A stretch of DNA of 64,000 nucleotides from Desulfatiglandales bacterium. Lineage in GTDB: Bacteria > Desulfobacterota > DSM-4660 > Desulfatiglandales > HGW-15. The stretch covers positions 512,001 to 576,000 of the forward strand of contig CAXXJJ010000004.1 in NCBI GenBank assembly GCA_963667015.2, written 5' to 3'. Positions 1-10,569 of the stretch are shown piece after piece. The notes beneath the pieces were generated by a model, which searched no databases, was not told the DNA's origin, and worked only from the letters and a program-made list of their open reading frames with translations. A program made the translations under genes and the position numbers. The stretch's first letter is position 1, and each line of letters opens with the position of its first letter.

Positions 1-758
1 TAAATAGTGGGCGAGTGCAGTTTTGCAAGAACCTCCTTGCCGACTGCGGGCATTACCATCATTGGGGCTCCGCCACCTTTAGGCATACCTTCTTTAGGCG
101 GTCCCATTTTAGGCATTCCCGCTTTGGGGGCTCCCATCTTGGGCATACCTTTTTTGGGCGGTCCCATTTTAGGCCGTCCGCCTTCACCGAAAAGACCGCT
201 GTTCATGACCATGACTGTCTTAACGCGTGGATCAGGAGCCACTTCCAGCGCCTGAAGTCCACCGCAGCTCATGCCTGCTACGGCGAATTTTGATGGAGCC
301 AGTTTTCCATAATATTTACTGCCGGAGCGGTTGTTCTCAGCCGTAGCCCAATCAATAGCTTCCAGTAACTGTGCCGATTTTGTGCCGCTGCCACCCATCA
401 TGCCACCGGAACCGGCATTGGATTCCGCAACATACGGGCCTAAGGCCAGAACCAGAAAACCATGAGACGCTACTTCAGCAAGGAAGTTGGCGTGCATACG
501 GGAAGAACTGGAGCACCCGCCATTCCCCCAGGCCAGCACAGGCATAGGATTCGATTTACTGAAAGGGCTCAAATCCTTGGGCCGATAAATTGTATGATCA
601 GGTAAACCAGGATCCCCTTCCACGATTGCCACCGCATAAGGCCCCGAACCATCTGACATCGGCCCCATTTTAGGCATTCCGCCAGGCCCGGGCTGAGCAA
701 GCGCCGTCGACACGATTAAACTAAATGCAAATACCAATACACTGACCAATCGAATCAT
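1..758 (-). CDS. Secreted alpha/beta-hydrolase, runs off the window start (not in ORF track)
   Basis: Manual translation from ATG at 758 (GGAGG RBS): signal peptide MIRLVSVLVFAFSLIVSTALAQ, then HTIYRP, AWGNGGC, ASHGFLVLA and nucleophile elbow GMSCGG; frame is open to base 1. Confidence 0.8.
   Translation of the reverse strand, partial: MIRLVSVLVFAFSLIVSTALAQPGPGGMPKMGPMSDGSGPYAVAIVEGDPGLPDHTIYRPKDLSPFSKSNPMPVLAWGNGGCSSSSRMHANFLAEVASHGFLVLALGPYVAESNAGSGGMMGGSGTKSAQLLEAIDWATAENNRSGSKYYGKLAPSKFAVAGMSCGGLQALEVAPDPRVKTVMVMNSGLFGEGGRPKMGPPKKGMPKMGAPKAGMPKMGPPKEGMPKGGGAPMMVMPAVGKEVLAKLHSPTI
81..174. repeat. Three imperfect 30-bp tandem repeats inside the hydrolase CDS
   Basis: Units at 81-110, 111-140 and 141-170; on the minus strand they encode KMG(P/A)PK(K/A/E)GMP. 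Confidence 0.85.
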
Positions 759-1043
759 ATTCTTTCCCTCCTGATTATAAGTTGTTGCATAATAAGTTAC
801 CTTACTGATTTCAGGTCCTCTTTAATGAATAAAAAAACCTCTTTTAAATAAAATCCGGTCTTTTGCAGCCGTTCAATATGAAAGGAATTTCTTTTTTGTG
901 CAGTGAAGTATATGGATATGAGTTTGGTATGTCAATATACTTTTCTCATACTTTGGTATATCTATATACTTTTTTTATCATTTTGAGTTACAAACAGATT
1001 TTTTTTTGTTTTAAGCCTTTCTGGTTGTGTACATGGTCTGATT

Positions 1044-1448
1044 TTATTGCATAGCTATTTTGCATTTTTGAACTAATTCATGATGTTCACCATCCATGTA
1101 TAGCCTTCCTTTTGCGCAGAAGGGCCAAACCATACAATATTTTGCCTTATAGGCCTTACGCATATCCGCCATGGATATAGTATCGCTTTTTCGGTCTCTG
1201 GCATTTTCAGCCGCTTCCCTCATAAGCACATCAACGGATGCGAGGGCATCAGCCTGTTCACGCTGCCTGGATTCTTCCTTTTGCAGCTCAGAATGCATAT
1301 TCTCATCCCTGTAGTGGTCCAGGTATACGGTAAGCAGGAAAGTTACAGAATTTTCAACGTTAAATCCCCCTGTTTTGGCCCGGGCGATTACGCGTTGTCC
1401 TATGCTTTTTTTAAATTCTTCTGATTCTAACCAATCATATTTTGCCAT
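1044..1448 (-). CDS. Hypothetical protein, possible histone-fold
   Basis: GGAG RBS; REAAENARDRKSDTISMADMRKA resembles the histone alpha2-L2-alpha3 segment; CMVWPFC motif. Confidence 0.55.
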   Translation of the reverse strand: MAKYDWLESEEFKKSIGQRVIARAKTGGFNVENSVTFLLTVYLDHYRDENMHSELQKEESRQREQADALASVDVLMREAAENARDRKSDTISMADMRKAYKAKYCMVWPFCAKGRLYMDGEHHELVQKCKIAMQ

Positions 1449-1698
1449 ATTATGCTCCTATCCATCATATGAATCCACAGGATATCTCTTTTGTATGATT
1501 CCAGCCTCTTTTCATATCCGTTCGGATGCTGTGAGAACTCCCTGTTCAGACCTCTTCTGTGCTTCCAAAGATTATATGTCTTCTGCCATAGGAATACTGA
1601 ACTGACTGCTCATGGGACATTCCGGTTTTCCTTTCATCTGGCGCAAAAGCATCAGGTCACTTAAATAGTGCCCATCCATAAACAGGGATCAACAGATA

Positions 1699-1995
1699 TT
1701 ACACTTTGGGGCCTCGAACCGCATTCAGATAGTCTAAAATTTCTTTTACATCCGTATCGGATATTTTATCTGGTTCTTTTTGCTGCATTCGGATTACTGT
1801 TTCCTTCCATTCATCGGGCGTCTTGTTTTTTCCAAGTGGCCTGTCTATATCGTGGCATATAGAGCACCTCGCCTCGAATATTTCCCTGGCCTGCTTCAGT
1901 GCAGGATCATCCGTTACCGGGGCATTGTTCGATGAGTCGCATGCAGCAATGCACAATCCACAGATACAAAGAAAAATCAATTTATTTATTATCAT
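1699..1995 (-). CDS. Monoheme c-type cytochrome lipoprotein
   Basis: Lipobox-like IAAC; single CSICH heme motif; distal Met candidate in VIRMQ. Confidence 0.8.
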   Translation of the reverse strand: MIINKLIFLCICGLCIAACDSSNNAPVTDDPALKQAREIFEARCSICHDIDRPLGKNKTPDEWKETVIRMQQKEPDKISDTDVKEILDYLNAVRGPKV

Positions 1996-2102
1996 CTCTT
2001 TTCCTTTCCTGTATTAATAGGATACATTCCAGTCTCATACACCTGTTATTTGATTATTATAGTTCAACCCCGATTCATCAATCAATGAATATTCAAACCT
2101 GC

Positions 2103-2396
2103 CTATGCGACTATTGCATGCAGCTCTTTCTTGAGCCTCCTTATTTCAAACACCACAGGATTTTGTGCATCGGCACAGGCGACTGCTTCACAATCAGGAT
2201 CTTTTGCCCATGGGTATTTACCATTAAAGGCCATCACACCTACAACAGGAAAAATCGACCCAAAGGCACCCATACATATACCCTCAGGAGTAGTGTACCC
2301 TTTAATAATCCACTCATCTCCAGGTTTATGGCCCATTGCACAATACCCCTTCTGAGAGACTACTTTTATCGATACATCATGTATTTCATCTTCCAT
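2103..2396 (-). CDS. TIGR04076-family small Cys-containing protein
   Basis: Pattern CAMGHKPGDEW...GICMGAF...ACADAQNPVVFEIRR; GGAGG RBS. Confidence 0.75.
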   Translation of the reverse strand: MEDEIHDVSIKVVSQKGYCAMGHKPGDEWIIKGYTTPEGICMGAFGSIFPVVGVMAFNGKYPWAKDPDCEAVACADAQNPVVFEIRRLKKELHAIVA

Positions 2397-2526
2397 GTAA
2401 TCTACCTCCTCTGATGTTACTTACTTAAAGGTAATTCCTCGTAACATCAAACTTTTGAATCCCTAAAGACTCTGGTGATCCCGGGTAGAAGCCATCTGTT
2501 TTGATCGTTTTGTGTTAGATCGTCAA

Positions 2527-3108
2527 TCAGTGAATAATTAAGGCCTGTCCCTGGTCACTGTCTCTATCCAGCTCAAATTCCTTTTCAAGGAGAGCCTCAA
2601 GTTTCGGGCCATGGTAATTGTCCTGCTGCGAATGTTTTGAGAAGTCATTTTTTACATACAGCGTATAGAGCATTTTAAGGTTGAATCTATATAAGTAGAT
2701 AGTCGTATGCACAGACACGACAGTTCCGTTATCAGTTTCCTGTTCCGCCCGGTCTCTCTTCTCCGCAGTAACTGTAAGTGTGCCCTGCTCCAGGATCTCC
2801 TTCCCAACACGGAAACCAACACGAAAGAGACCTTCATTATCTGTCCTGGACATGTGCAGTGCGCCGCTAAACAGTTCTGAACCCTCTTCATCATTTATTT
2901 CAGAACTGACACCGGAAAGTCCTTCGAAATTGCCTGTTTCCCGAATGTATATCGTAAAGTAGATTTCGTCCCGGGAGTCAAGTTCATCGATATAGCCCAT
3001 AATAGGAAAGCTATCCACTCGATCCGCTTCAATATCATAAGTCCTGACACAGGCCAGCGCAGGAGTCGCGAGCAGCATCCATAAAATCGCTATTGTTATG
3101 TATTTCAT
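2527..3108 (-). CDS. Hypothetical exported protein
   Basis: Probable start MKYITIAILWMLLATPALA (signal peptide) at 3108 with GGAG RBS. Confidence 0.65.
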   Translation of the reverse strand: MKYITIAILWMLLATPALACVRTYDIEADRVDSFPIMGYIDELDSRDEIYFTIYIRETGNFEGLSGVSSEINDEEGSELFSGALHMSRTDNEGLFRVGFRVGKEILEQGTLTVTAEKRDRAEQETDNGTVVSVHTTIYLYRFNLKMLYTLYVKNDFSKHSQQDNYHGPKLEALLEKEFELDRDSDQGQALIIH

Positions 3109-3299
3109 AATGGCTCCGACACAGGTATTAATTTGCGATGAAAACATCTCCGGTTTTCTTGATTCAGCAACAGGTAAGGCTCGTAATAAAAAATCAACTG
3201 CATGGAATGACTTCTACTGATATAACATATCTTACTGAATATTCAATTTAAAATTAATTTTGATTTGATGGAATGGTTCTTAGAATAGATTAATCTTTA

Positions 3300-3730
3300 T
3301 CAGCATTCTCTTTTTCTTTCCTCTCCTTACGCATGAGTACCATCGTTTCATATTGCCCTTCGAATTGTTCTCTATGCTCTCCCAGCTGTGTATTAAACAA
3401 TTCAGCCTGTTCCGGAGGCAATATATTTCGAACTATATCTTCGTATTTTTATAACTCTTCAGTGCTACCTCATACTCGCGTATATATTTATCTTCACCCA
3501 TCAGGTCTGTTAATTCCCGGCTGTATTTTTCCATGTTTTCCTGATCAAGCCTTTCAGCCCTTTCTCTGTCTTCAGGTGTTGGTTTTTCTGTTAACCAGTT
3601 TTCAAGTTCAGCCAGTCTCCATTCAAGTTCAATGCGCTTAAATTCATCTGCATCTTCAGTAGATAATAACAACAATAGCTGTCAGGGTTATCAGGCCTGC
3701 AAGAGCTAAAAACATTTTTTTATATATCAT
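3300..3730 (-). pseudogene. Decayed copy of the TM-anchored helical paralog family at 41-45 kb
   Basis: Three out-of-frame pieces: MIYKKMFLALAGLITLTAIVVIIY*, ..EKYSRELTDLMGEDKYIREYE.. and ..KYEDIVRNILPPEQAELFN..; these match the N-terminal, middle and C-terminal motifs of the 41072/42060/44085 proteins. Confidence 0.6.
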
Positions 3731-4284
3731 TAAACTCTCCAGATTTTATAGAGTGGAAAATTTGCTTCTCCTCCCAATTAGTAGGAGAAATGGTTCAAGG
3801 ATTCAAGGGGTCTAGGGGCCAAGTGTTTGTTTTATTAGGCCTTTTACTTTCGCAATATTCTATAAATGTAAATAAAACCATTCATTAGTACCTTAAGAGG
3901 ATACCTTTTATGGGCTTAAGAAAATTTCATCCCAAAAGCATCCCTGGATGCGATATTTTAATAGATACTCAGATACATATAATATGACAAGCTCTATAGG
4001 AGCGACATATACCAAATATGTTACCCCTCCGGGGTTAAATATTTTTGTATTATTATTGCTATTAATATATCACCGCGATGCGGTTTAAAATCAAAGCTTA
4101 ATTCAACAGCATTTGGGTGTAAAACCCCATACTACGTTAAACACTGAGGCTTTTCGCAGGGTGTCATTCTTTGTCCCGGCATAGCTTTTGCGACGACGGA
4201 TTATATACCACCGGAGGTCTGAGCTAACAGCTAAAGCAACTGAGGGATCACTCGTTTATTTTAATCAATAAAATTTAAATTTAG

Positions 4285-4431
4285 TTAATCGATCTCCAGT
4301 TCCTTCTGAAGATCTTCTATCCTTTTTCGAATTTCATCAAGTCTATCTTTATCATGGACGCCTTTTTCCAATTGTATCTTTAAGGAGAGAAGCTCCATAC
4401 TCTTCCTGTACTCCCCGCAATTTACTTTCAT
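4285..4431 (-). CDS. Small hypothetical protein (48 aa, not in ORF track)
   Basis: Manual translation MKVNCGEYRKSMELLSLKIQLEKGVHDKDRLDEIRKRIEDLQKELEID*; coiled-coil-like. Confidence 0.55.
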   Translation of the reverse strand: MKVNCGEYRKSMELLSLKIQLEKGVHDKDRLDEIRKRIEDLQKELEID

Positions 4432-4494
4432 AATATTACTTCCATTTAAAAAACTTATAAATTCAACTTTTTCTCTGTTGCCCTGCTGAACAGC

Positions 4495-6177
4495 CTAATT
4501 ATTTATGACCGTCTCTTTTTCATTAAATTTCGCCCTCAGGAGATCCGTCTTTGCCATCTGGGCATACAACTGTGCCTGTGCGTAGTATGTCAGTGAGGAC
4601 GCTAAAAGCTCTCTCTTGCGGTTCTGATCTTCCTCCAGACCTGCATATCCATACCTGTCCATCGCTGCGGAATAAGCATAATATGCCTTGTCGAGGGTGT
4701 CCCTTATAATAGTAATCACCGGCAGGGTTAGATACGCGGGTTTCCTGTTCAGCTCATACTGAAAGGTATCTGCAGCATCCCAGTAAAGTGCGATTGTGTC
4801 TATATCCGCCTGCCTGGCTATTTCTTTTGGAGTTGCTTTCAACTGCAGCTTGACGTATTCCCCTGTTGCGTATGCAGGTGATCCGTTTCCACTCGGTACC
4901 CCTGTTGCAAGGTAGGCGGTGAGAGTAGCAGGATGGAAAATATTTACGCTGGTCGTGCCATGGCTGTTTGAGGTACCGCCCTTCCCCGGTTGATTGCGGT
5001 TCCAGGTACCCGAATCTGCGTCATACCAGTCATCGGATGCAAATATCTTTTTAGCAATATTAAAATTAACTGTCCCCGGTTCGGCTTCCGTCAGGTACCG
5101 GAGTACAGTGTTATACCTCTTGGGGCTGTCAGTGAAGGCAATAAAGGGAGCGTTATAGGGCTTCAGTGATGTACTCACCAGATGATTTGTCTGAACAATA
5201 AAGTTTCCCTTTTCCTTCTCCTGTCCCGGTGTTCTTAGGTTGTAATGGAGGTTGTTCGTTTCGAGAACCATGACATTATTTGCATCGGCCATGACAAAAC
5301 CTCCTGAAACAGCGCCTCTCGGCGTTGACTGTATAAACTCCTGAGCCTCTGCCGGCGTCTTTGCTGTCTGGCACAGCCATTGGAAATAGGCCTCGCAAAG
5401 CCCCCACGACGGTTTATCGCCCATGATAGCAGTCATCGCCCAGGCAAAACCATTCCCGTTCATTCCCATATTTCCGGCTAGTTTACCTGCAGAACTCTGT
5501 GTAACAAATGGTGCTCCTTCTGTGGGAAAGGCAAGTAATATGATATTGTCCATTGCCTCAAGTCCCACCATTGAGTCAAGAGCAAGTATCGATTTACCAT
5601 CCGGGGTCGCTTTTCCGGCAGCTGCAAAGGCGTTGCAGGAATGGGGTCTTTCTGCTGGTGTGACTTCCGGTCTTTTTATCGGCCCTTCCCACTTCACCCC
5701 TGTCTCCTCCGGATAGGCAACATTCGGCCTTGACCAGAGTTCTGAGGGATAGTAGGAGACTAAAAGTATATCATAATAGCTCAGATTGTATCCCTCCCGG
5801 CTGCACCCGTCCGACATGCCCCTGAACCACTCCGCCATGGCCGGCGTATAGGTCTTAATGTAGTAATCCCAGACCTTCAGATCGGTCGCTACAGTTTCCT
5901 GGCCGTAAGCCTCATAAAGCTGGTTTTTCTGGATTGCAACATTGTGTGCCAGCCTCGCTGCTGTCTGTTGCCCATATTGCAATCCCATTTCATACTCTGT
6001 ACCTGACACAACCACGACCTGAGGAAACCCTGTAGACACATAAACCTCAGGTATTGTCGAAATCACTTTAGCAGGGTTTGTCCCTGAGCTGCCAGTGCAG
6101 TTTGTTTGCAAAGCTATGATAAAGAAAAAAAAGATTGTGAGGGTTATGTAACTGAGAGTAGTCTGTTTTATTTTCAT
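4495..6177 (-). CDS. C45-family autoproteolytic Ntn-hydrolase/acyltransferase, probable lipoprotein
   Basis: GTEYEMGLQYG, HSCNAFAAAGKATPDGK (nucleophile Cys), GMNGNG, QTNH, DSPKRY; N-terminal signal ending in Cys. Confidence 0.8.
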   Translation of the reverse strand: MKIKQTTLSYITLTIFFFFIIALQTNCTGSSGTNPAKVISTIPEVYVSTGFPQVVVVSGTEYEMGLQYGQQTAARLAHNVAIQKNQLYEAYGQETVATDLKVWDYYIKTYTPAMAEWFRGMSDGCSREGYNLSYYDILLVSYYPSELWSRPNVAYPEETGVKWEGPIKRPEVTPAERPHSCNAFAAAGKATPDGKSILALDSMVGLEAMDNIILLAFPTEGAPFVTQSSAGKLAGNMGMNGNGFAWAMTAIMGDKPSWGLCEAYFQWLCQTAKTPAEAQEFIQSTPRGAVSGGFVMADANNVMVLETNNLHYNLRTPGQEKEKGNFIVQTNHLVSTSLKPYNAPFIAFTDSPKRYNTVLRYLTEAEPGTVNFNIAKKIFASDDWYDADSGTWNRNQPGKGGTSNSHGTTSVNIFHPATLTAYLATGVPSGNGSPAYATGEYVKLQLKATPKEIARQADIDTIALYWDAADTFQYELNRKPAYLTLPVITIIRDTLDKAYYAYSAAMDRYGYAGLEEDQNRKRELLASSLTYYAQAQLYAQMAKTDLLRAKFNEKETVINN

Positions 6178-6287
6178 AAGAATTCCCCCTGAAAATTGTG
6201 ATTTATTTTTTCAAAGATGTTACAGATTCGCAGCCCGGATTTATCAGGATATATTTAATTTATATTCAGGTTTTGCGCATCATTCGT

Positions 6288-7196
6288 TCAGATAACCCCG
6301 CCGGTCATTTTTGCAATAAGTGCAGCTCCCGCTATACTCAGGTTATAACCAAAATGTACAGCGACCGCCGGCCCAATAGCTTTTTGAGTTAATCGCTGCC
6401 TTGTGGCAATTGCAGATAAAAGAGCAATTCCGATGAATGCGGGCCAAAAATATATTGCCTCCGAATAGTGAAGGCCTATAAACAGCAGGTTTGACAAAGC
6501 GATGCCCCACCAGACACCAAAAGACCTGTTCAGGCCGCCCAGCAGTATACCGCGAAACAGAAGTTCTTCAACCAGAGGAGCTATAAAAAGTGTGAAAGTA
6601 ATCCATACAAATTGAGCAACGCCTGACTGAAGGGCCATTTGGGCCAGCAGGCCGCCTTTTTGATCGGGGGGAAATGAAAACACCTGTATAGAAATTATTG
6701 AAAGAATAAAATAGATTAAGGCTGCGCTTACCCCTAATAAAATAGAATTAAGAAGAACCTTGGGTTTCCCTGCAGCCCAGGCGGCTCCAAAGGGAGAATT
6801 GTCCTTAAGAGATTTTCTAACGATATATGATCCTGCGGCAAATGCAATTGCTCCCGCCAGGGCTGATGCAAATACTATTTCCGGCATTATACCTGAAATC
6901 ATTCCCTGAAGCGCGTCTTTATTATTAGGATTACCTCCACTAACAATATATTTTATGATTGCAAATAGAGTGACAACGATTGAGGTTACCACCTGGCCAG
7001 CCAGATAGATTATGAAAACTAAAATCGCAGTTGCAGCACGGAGTTCAGGCTTGGAAGGGGATCTATTTTGTGTAATGTCTTCATCCTTATTTATTTTATC
7101 TGAAAAAAAGAAATCAGCACCTTCATCTACAGGAAGTCTGTCCGAAGCTATATCCTCGTTACTTTTCATTTCAAGGCTGGCATTTTTTGGATTCAA
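6288..7196 (-). CDS. CPBP (CAAX/Abi) intramembrane metalloprotease
   Basis: APLVEELLFRG, FIGLH and HFGYN motifs; multiple TM helices. Confidence 0.9.
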   Translation of the reverse strand: MNPKNASLEMKSNEDIASDRLPVDEGADFFFSDKINKDEDITQNRSPSKPELRAATAILVFIIYLAGQVVTSIVVTLFAIIKYIVSGGNPNNKDALQGMISGIMPEIVFASALAGAIAFAAGSYIVRKSLKDNSPFGAAWAAGKPKVLLNSILLGVSAALIYFILSIISIQVFSFPPDQKGGLLAQMALQSGVAQFVWITFTLFIAPLVEELLFRGILLGGLNRSFGVWWGIALSNLLFIGLHYSEAIYFWPAFIGIALLSAIATRQRLTQKAIGPAVAVHFGYNLSIAGAALIAKMTGGVI

Positions 7197-7419
7197 AATA
7201 TTTATCTCCCTTTAATTTATTGCGAAGCGCAAGGTCTAATGCCTCGTCGCTTGCGGCGATTAAACAGATTTATTCCTTGTTTGTTACCCCGCTGCTTGCG
7301 GCGGGGTAGTTCATTGGTTTTTCTGCTGTTGATTTTTATCAGTTACGTTGAGAACAAATTGCTACTCTCGAATGGATGATTATTGTTCTATACTCTATCA
7401 GCCTGTTTTTACTGCTCTC

Positions 7420-7584
7420 CTATGTCAAAGGCGGATAATGAATAGACAGGTATTTATGATCGTCCTCAATAACGATCTCGCAGTTCAAAGCTCCATCTGT
7501 TATCTTATTTTCTTTAATCTGCTCTATCTCTGCATCTGTAAGTCCGTCAACAAGTTCTTTGATTGGCCTTAATTGTCTATCCAT
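7420..7584 (-). CDS. Small hypothetical protein (54 aa, not in ORF track)
   Basis: AGGAGG RBS then MDRQLRPIKELVDGLTDAEIEQIKENK...HYPPLT*. Confidence 0.5.
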   Translation of the reverse strand: MDRQLRPIKELVDGLTDAEIEQIKENKITDGALNCEIVIEDDHKYLSIHYPPLT

Positions 7585-7714
7585 GCGTTAAGCCTCCTTG
7601 TAAAATAGAGTTAAGCAAAAAATAAACCTTTACCCTGTTACACGTAGCCGAAGGAAAGGATATAAATTGTTTTATGCGGAAAGCTGTTAAAGATATGATC
7701 AACAGTCCTGTAAC

Positions 7715-7936
7715 CTAATTGTCTTTTCTAAGGGCACTTAACTTATCATTATCATAAACATCATGATAAAATGGAGGAATATCTTTTTTCTTCTGGTTGC
7801 CTTCAAATGAAGTAGTTTTCTTATATCCAATGCAATTTTTCTCGTCCAGTTCAACCACCTTCGGTTTTGTAACTATATTTTTTCGAATCAAGAGCTTTAA
7901 TATAGGATTCATCAATAAAAGTTTCATTGACTTCAT
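7715..7936 (-). CDS. Hypothetical protein (possibly a fragment)
   Basis: 73-aa ORF with AGGAG RBS; no recognisable motif. Confidence 0.35.
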   Translation of the reverse strand: MKSMKLLLMNPILKLLIRKNIVTKPKVVELDEKNCIGYKKTTSFEGNQKKKDIPPFYHDVYDNDKLSALRKDN

Positions 7937-8021
7937 TTTTCTACTCCTGTTCAGGTCAATTTCAATCCATAAACCGGCACTAGGCTACAGTTATTTCCTT
8001 TGTCAGATAAACATCCTGTAT

Positions 8022-8303
8022 TTAGTTAACTTTACTTTGATTCGCGACTTTCCCTATAGCTTTCTGAACTTCCTGAGGATCTCCCAGATAATATTTTTTT
8101 AATGCTTTTAATGAATCATCAAGTTCATATACCAGCGGTATCCCTGTTGGGATATTCAGGTTAATGATTTGATCATCAGGCATATGATCAAGTTCTTTTA
8201 CAAGCGCACGCAGACTGTTGCCATGGGCAACAATGAGGATTTTTATTCCCTTTTGAACAGCTGGAGCAATCGTCTTATTCCAGAGAGGCAGTATCCTCAT
8301 CAT
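8022..8303 (-). pseudogene. gpmA: C-terminal fragment of 2,3-BPG-dependent phosphoglycerate mutase
   Basis: [15 protein letters not shown] and [14 protein letters not shown]...YYLGD present; the N-terminal RHG catalytic half is absent. Confidence 0.85.
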
Positions 8304-8392
8304 AAAAAAAGAAAGTCAGTTATTATTGGGGTCCGCCCCCGATTCATATTCACAGACCTGACCAAAATTCTTTTCATGCATTTTAAAATATT

Positions 8393-9850
8393 TTATACAG
8401 CCTTAAGTGTTTCCACCAGAAAATCCCAGAATTTTCTGACAGAAGGTATATGCAGCTTTTCATCGGGCGAATGGGGGAATTTTATGGTTGGGCCGACTGA
8501 TACCATGTCCATTCCTTTAAAAACAGACCCTATGATTCCGCATTCAAGTCCTGCATGGATGACTTTTACGTCAGGCCTTTTATTGAAGAGGTTTTTGTAT
8601 ACCTGCTGTGTAACCTGTAAAAGCCTTGAATCCATGTCCGGCTTCCATCCGGGATAGGACCCTTCATGATTTACTTCGCATTTGCATAGGTCCGCAATGC
8701 CGGTGAAAACATTGCTCAGATCTGTTTTTGCGGAATCCGATGAGCTTCGTAATAAACTCAAAACCTCAATAATATTTTTTGATGCGTCTGATTTGACAAC
8801 AGCCAGGTTGGTCGATGTTTCAACAATATCAGGCATGTCTTTGATCATACGGATTACACCGTCAGGAACAGCATAAACAGCGTTCAATAAAATTTCCTGC
8901 GTATGTATGTCAATCAGGTGATCAAAGGTACTTTCTGCGGGATTTGCTTTAAAAGAAAAATCAGGTTCTGTTGATGATAATTCATTTTTTATTACATTGC
9001 CGAATTCGGTAATCAGGTTCAGGAATTGCTTTTCTTTATCAGAGGGAATTGCAGCTGTCACAAATGATTCCCTTGGAATTGCGTTACGCAGGCTGCCTCC
9101 TTCGATATCAGCGATTCGCAATCCGAATTCCCGGGATGCAGTCCACAGCATCCTGTTCATCAGTTTATTTGCATTACCGCGACCGAGATTAATATCAACA
9201 CCTGAATGTCCACCCTTTAGGCCTGTAAGGCTGATCTTATATATTTTCATTCCTGATGTGACAGGTTCCGGCGTATATTTGAATGTAAGGGTTGAATTCA
9301 ACCCTCCTGCGCAGCCAATGCAGATTTCTCCTTCATCTTCCGAATCAAGGTTTATCATGATCCTGCCCTTTAATGCATCAGGGTTCAGGTTGAATGCTCC
9401 GGTCATTCCGGTTTCTTCATCAACTGTGAACAGGGCTTCTACCGGACTATGGAGAAGTTCCCTTGATTCGAGAACTGCCAGCACTGCAGCCACTCCTATG
9501 CCATTGTCAGCGCCGAGTGTGGTGCCCTGTGCCTTTACCCATTCTCCATCTATATATGTTTTTATTGGGTCTTTTTCAAAATCATGAACAGTTCCAGAAT
9601 TTTTTTGACAGACCATATCCAGATGCGCCTGCAGAATTACAGCAGGTCTGTTTTCATATCCATCAGAAGCATCTTTACGGATTACTATGTTGCCGGCACT
9701 GTCTTTAATGTATTCCAGGTTATGGCTCACAGCAAAATCGATTATATATTCAATTATCTTTTCTTCTTTATTTGAAGGCCTTGGAATAGCACATATTTCA
9801 TAAAAGTATTTCCGGAGGGATTCAGGTGATAGTTCTTTGTTTTCTGTCAT
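8393..9850 (-). CDS. pepD: Aminoacyl-histidine dipeptidase (M20C)
   Basis: QAHLDMV, TTLGADNGIG, DEETGMTGA, NLDSEDEG, GGHSG, IHAGLECG, HSPDE; 485 aa. Confidence 0.95.
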   Translation of the reverse strand: MTENKELSPESLRKYFYEICAIPRPSNKEEKIIEYIIDFAVSHNLEYIKDSAGNIVIRKDASDGYENRPAVILQAHLDMVCQKNSGTVHDFEKDPIKTYIDGEWVKAQGTTLGADNGIGVAAVLAVLESRELLHSPVEALFTVDEETGMTGAFNLNPDALKGRIMINLDSEDEGEICIGCAGGLNSTLTFKYTPEPVTSGMKIYKISLTGLKGGHSGVDINLGRGNANKLMNRMLWTASREFGLRIADIEGGSLRNAIPRESFVTAAIPSDKEKQFLNLITEFGNVIKNELSSTEPDFSFKANPAESTFDHLIDIHTQEILLNAVYAVPDGVIRMIKDMPDIVETSTNLAVVKSDASKNIIEVLSLLRSSSDSAKTDLSNVFTGIADLCKCEVNHEGSYPGWKPDMDSRLLQVTQQVYKNLFNKRPDVKVIHAGLECGIIGSVFKGMDMVSVGPTIKFPHSPDEKLHIPSVRKFWDFLVETLKAV

Positions 9851-10194
9851 GATAAGTTCCTTGGAAGATTAATTTTTTTTAAAAATACTACAGGAGTTGA
9901 AAACAGGCAATGACTTTTATCGACTTTAATAAAATCCCCAAAATGGGACGCTCTTAATAAATTTAGTTGTAATAAGTTATTGAATTTTAAAAGAGCCTAC
10001 CGCTTTATACCGATCCTGATTTTTTATATCGACTTTTTCATGCAAAAAAAAGCGCAATATAGGCCCTGATTGGAAGGTGTTTTTAAAGGTAAGTCAATTT
10101 ATTCCAGGGAGTTTACCCTGTGAAATTCGCATAGTGAGATGTGAAGCATCGTTTAACCGGGGTTAGCCTGGTCCGACCAAGATTCATTAGCTTA

Positions 10195-10569
10195 TCAGAA
10201 GGAGAACTTCTTTTTCATTATCAGAAATGTCAGGCAGTTAACGACAGCAGCAAAAATCAGGATTTCCTTCAGCCCGACCGGAGGCAGATTCAAAAGATTT
10301 TTTAATATTATATTTTCATACCATTGTCCTAATGGCACTAAACCGAAATAGGAAATGAAAACAAGGAAAAGGCATATGACAGGTATAGCTATGGATATTA
10401 CAGGCCTTAAAATGCCGGTTTTCGGATGCAGTGCATCTTTGAGCTGCCTTTGCATAGTATATCGGGTTAACAGTCTACGCTTCCAATCGCTGCTGATCAG
10501 GGGCTCGAGCGAGGGCTGATACAGGGCAGCATTGCGAAGGTGTTCTTTAACCGTCAGATTATCTGTCAT
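10195..10569 (-). CDS. Membrane protein, putative anti-sigma factor
   Basis: Overlaps the ECF sigma stop; two TM helices; paralog at 26599. Confidence 0.6.
   Translation of the reverse strand: MTDNLTVKEHLRNAALYQPSLEPLISSDWKRRLLTRYTMQRQLKDALHPKTGILRPVISIAIPVICLFLVFISYFGLVPLGQWYENIILKNLLNLPPVGLKEILIFAAVVNCLTFLIMKKKFSF

Noticed and set aside
7240..7315. IS200/IS605 element
   Set aside because: Only the palindrome TACCCCGCTGCTTGCGGCGGGGTAG is present (variant near 49895), with no tnpA or tnpB; at most an end remnant or REP
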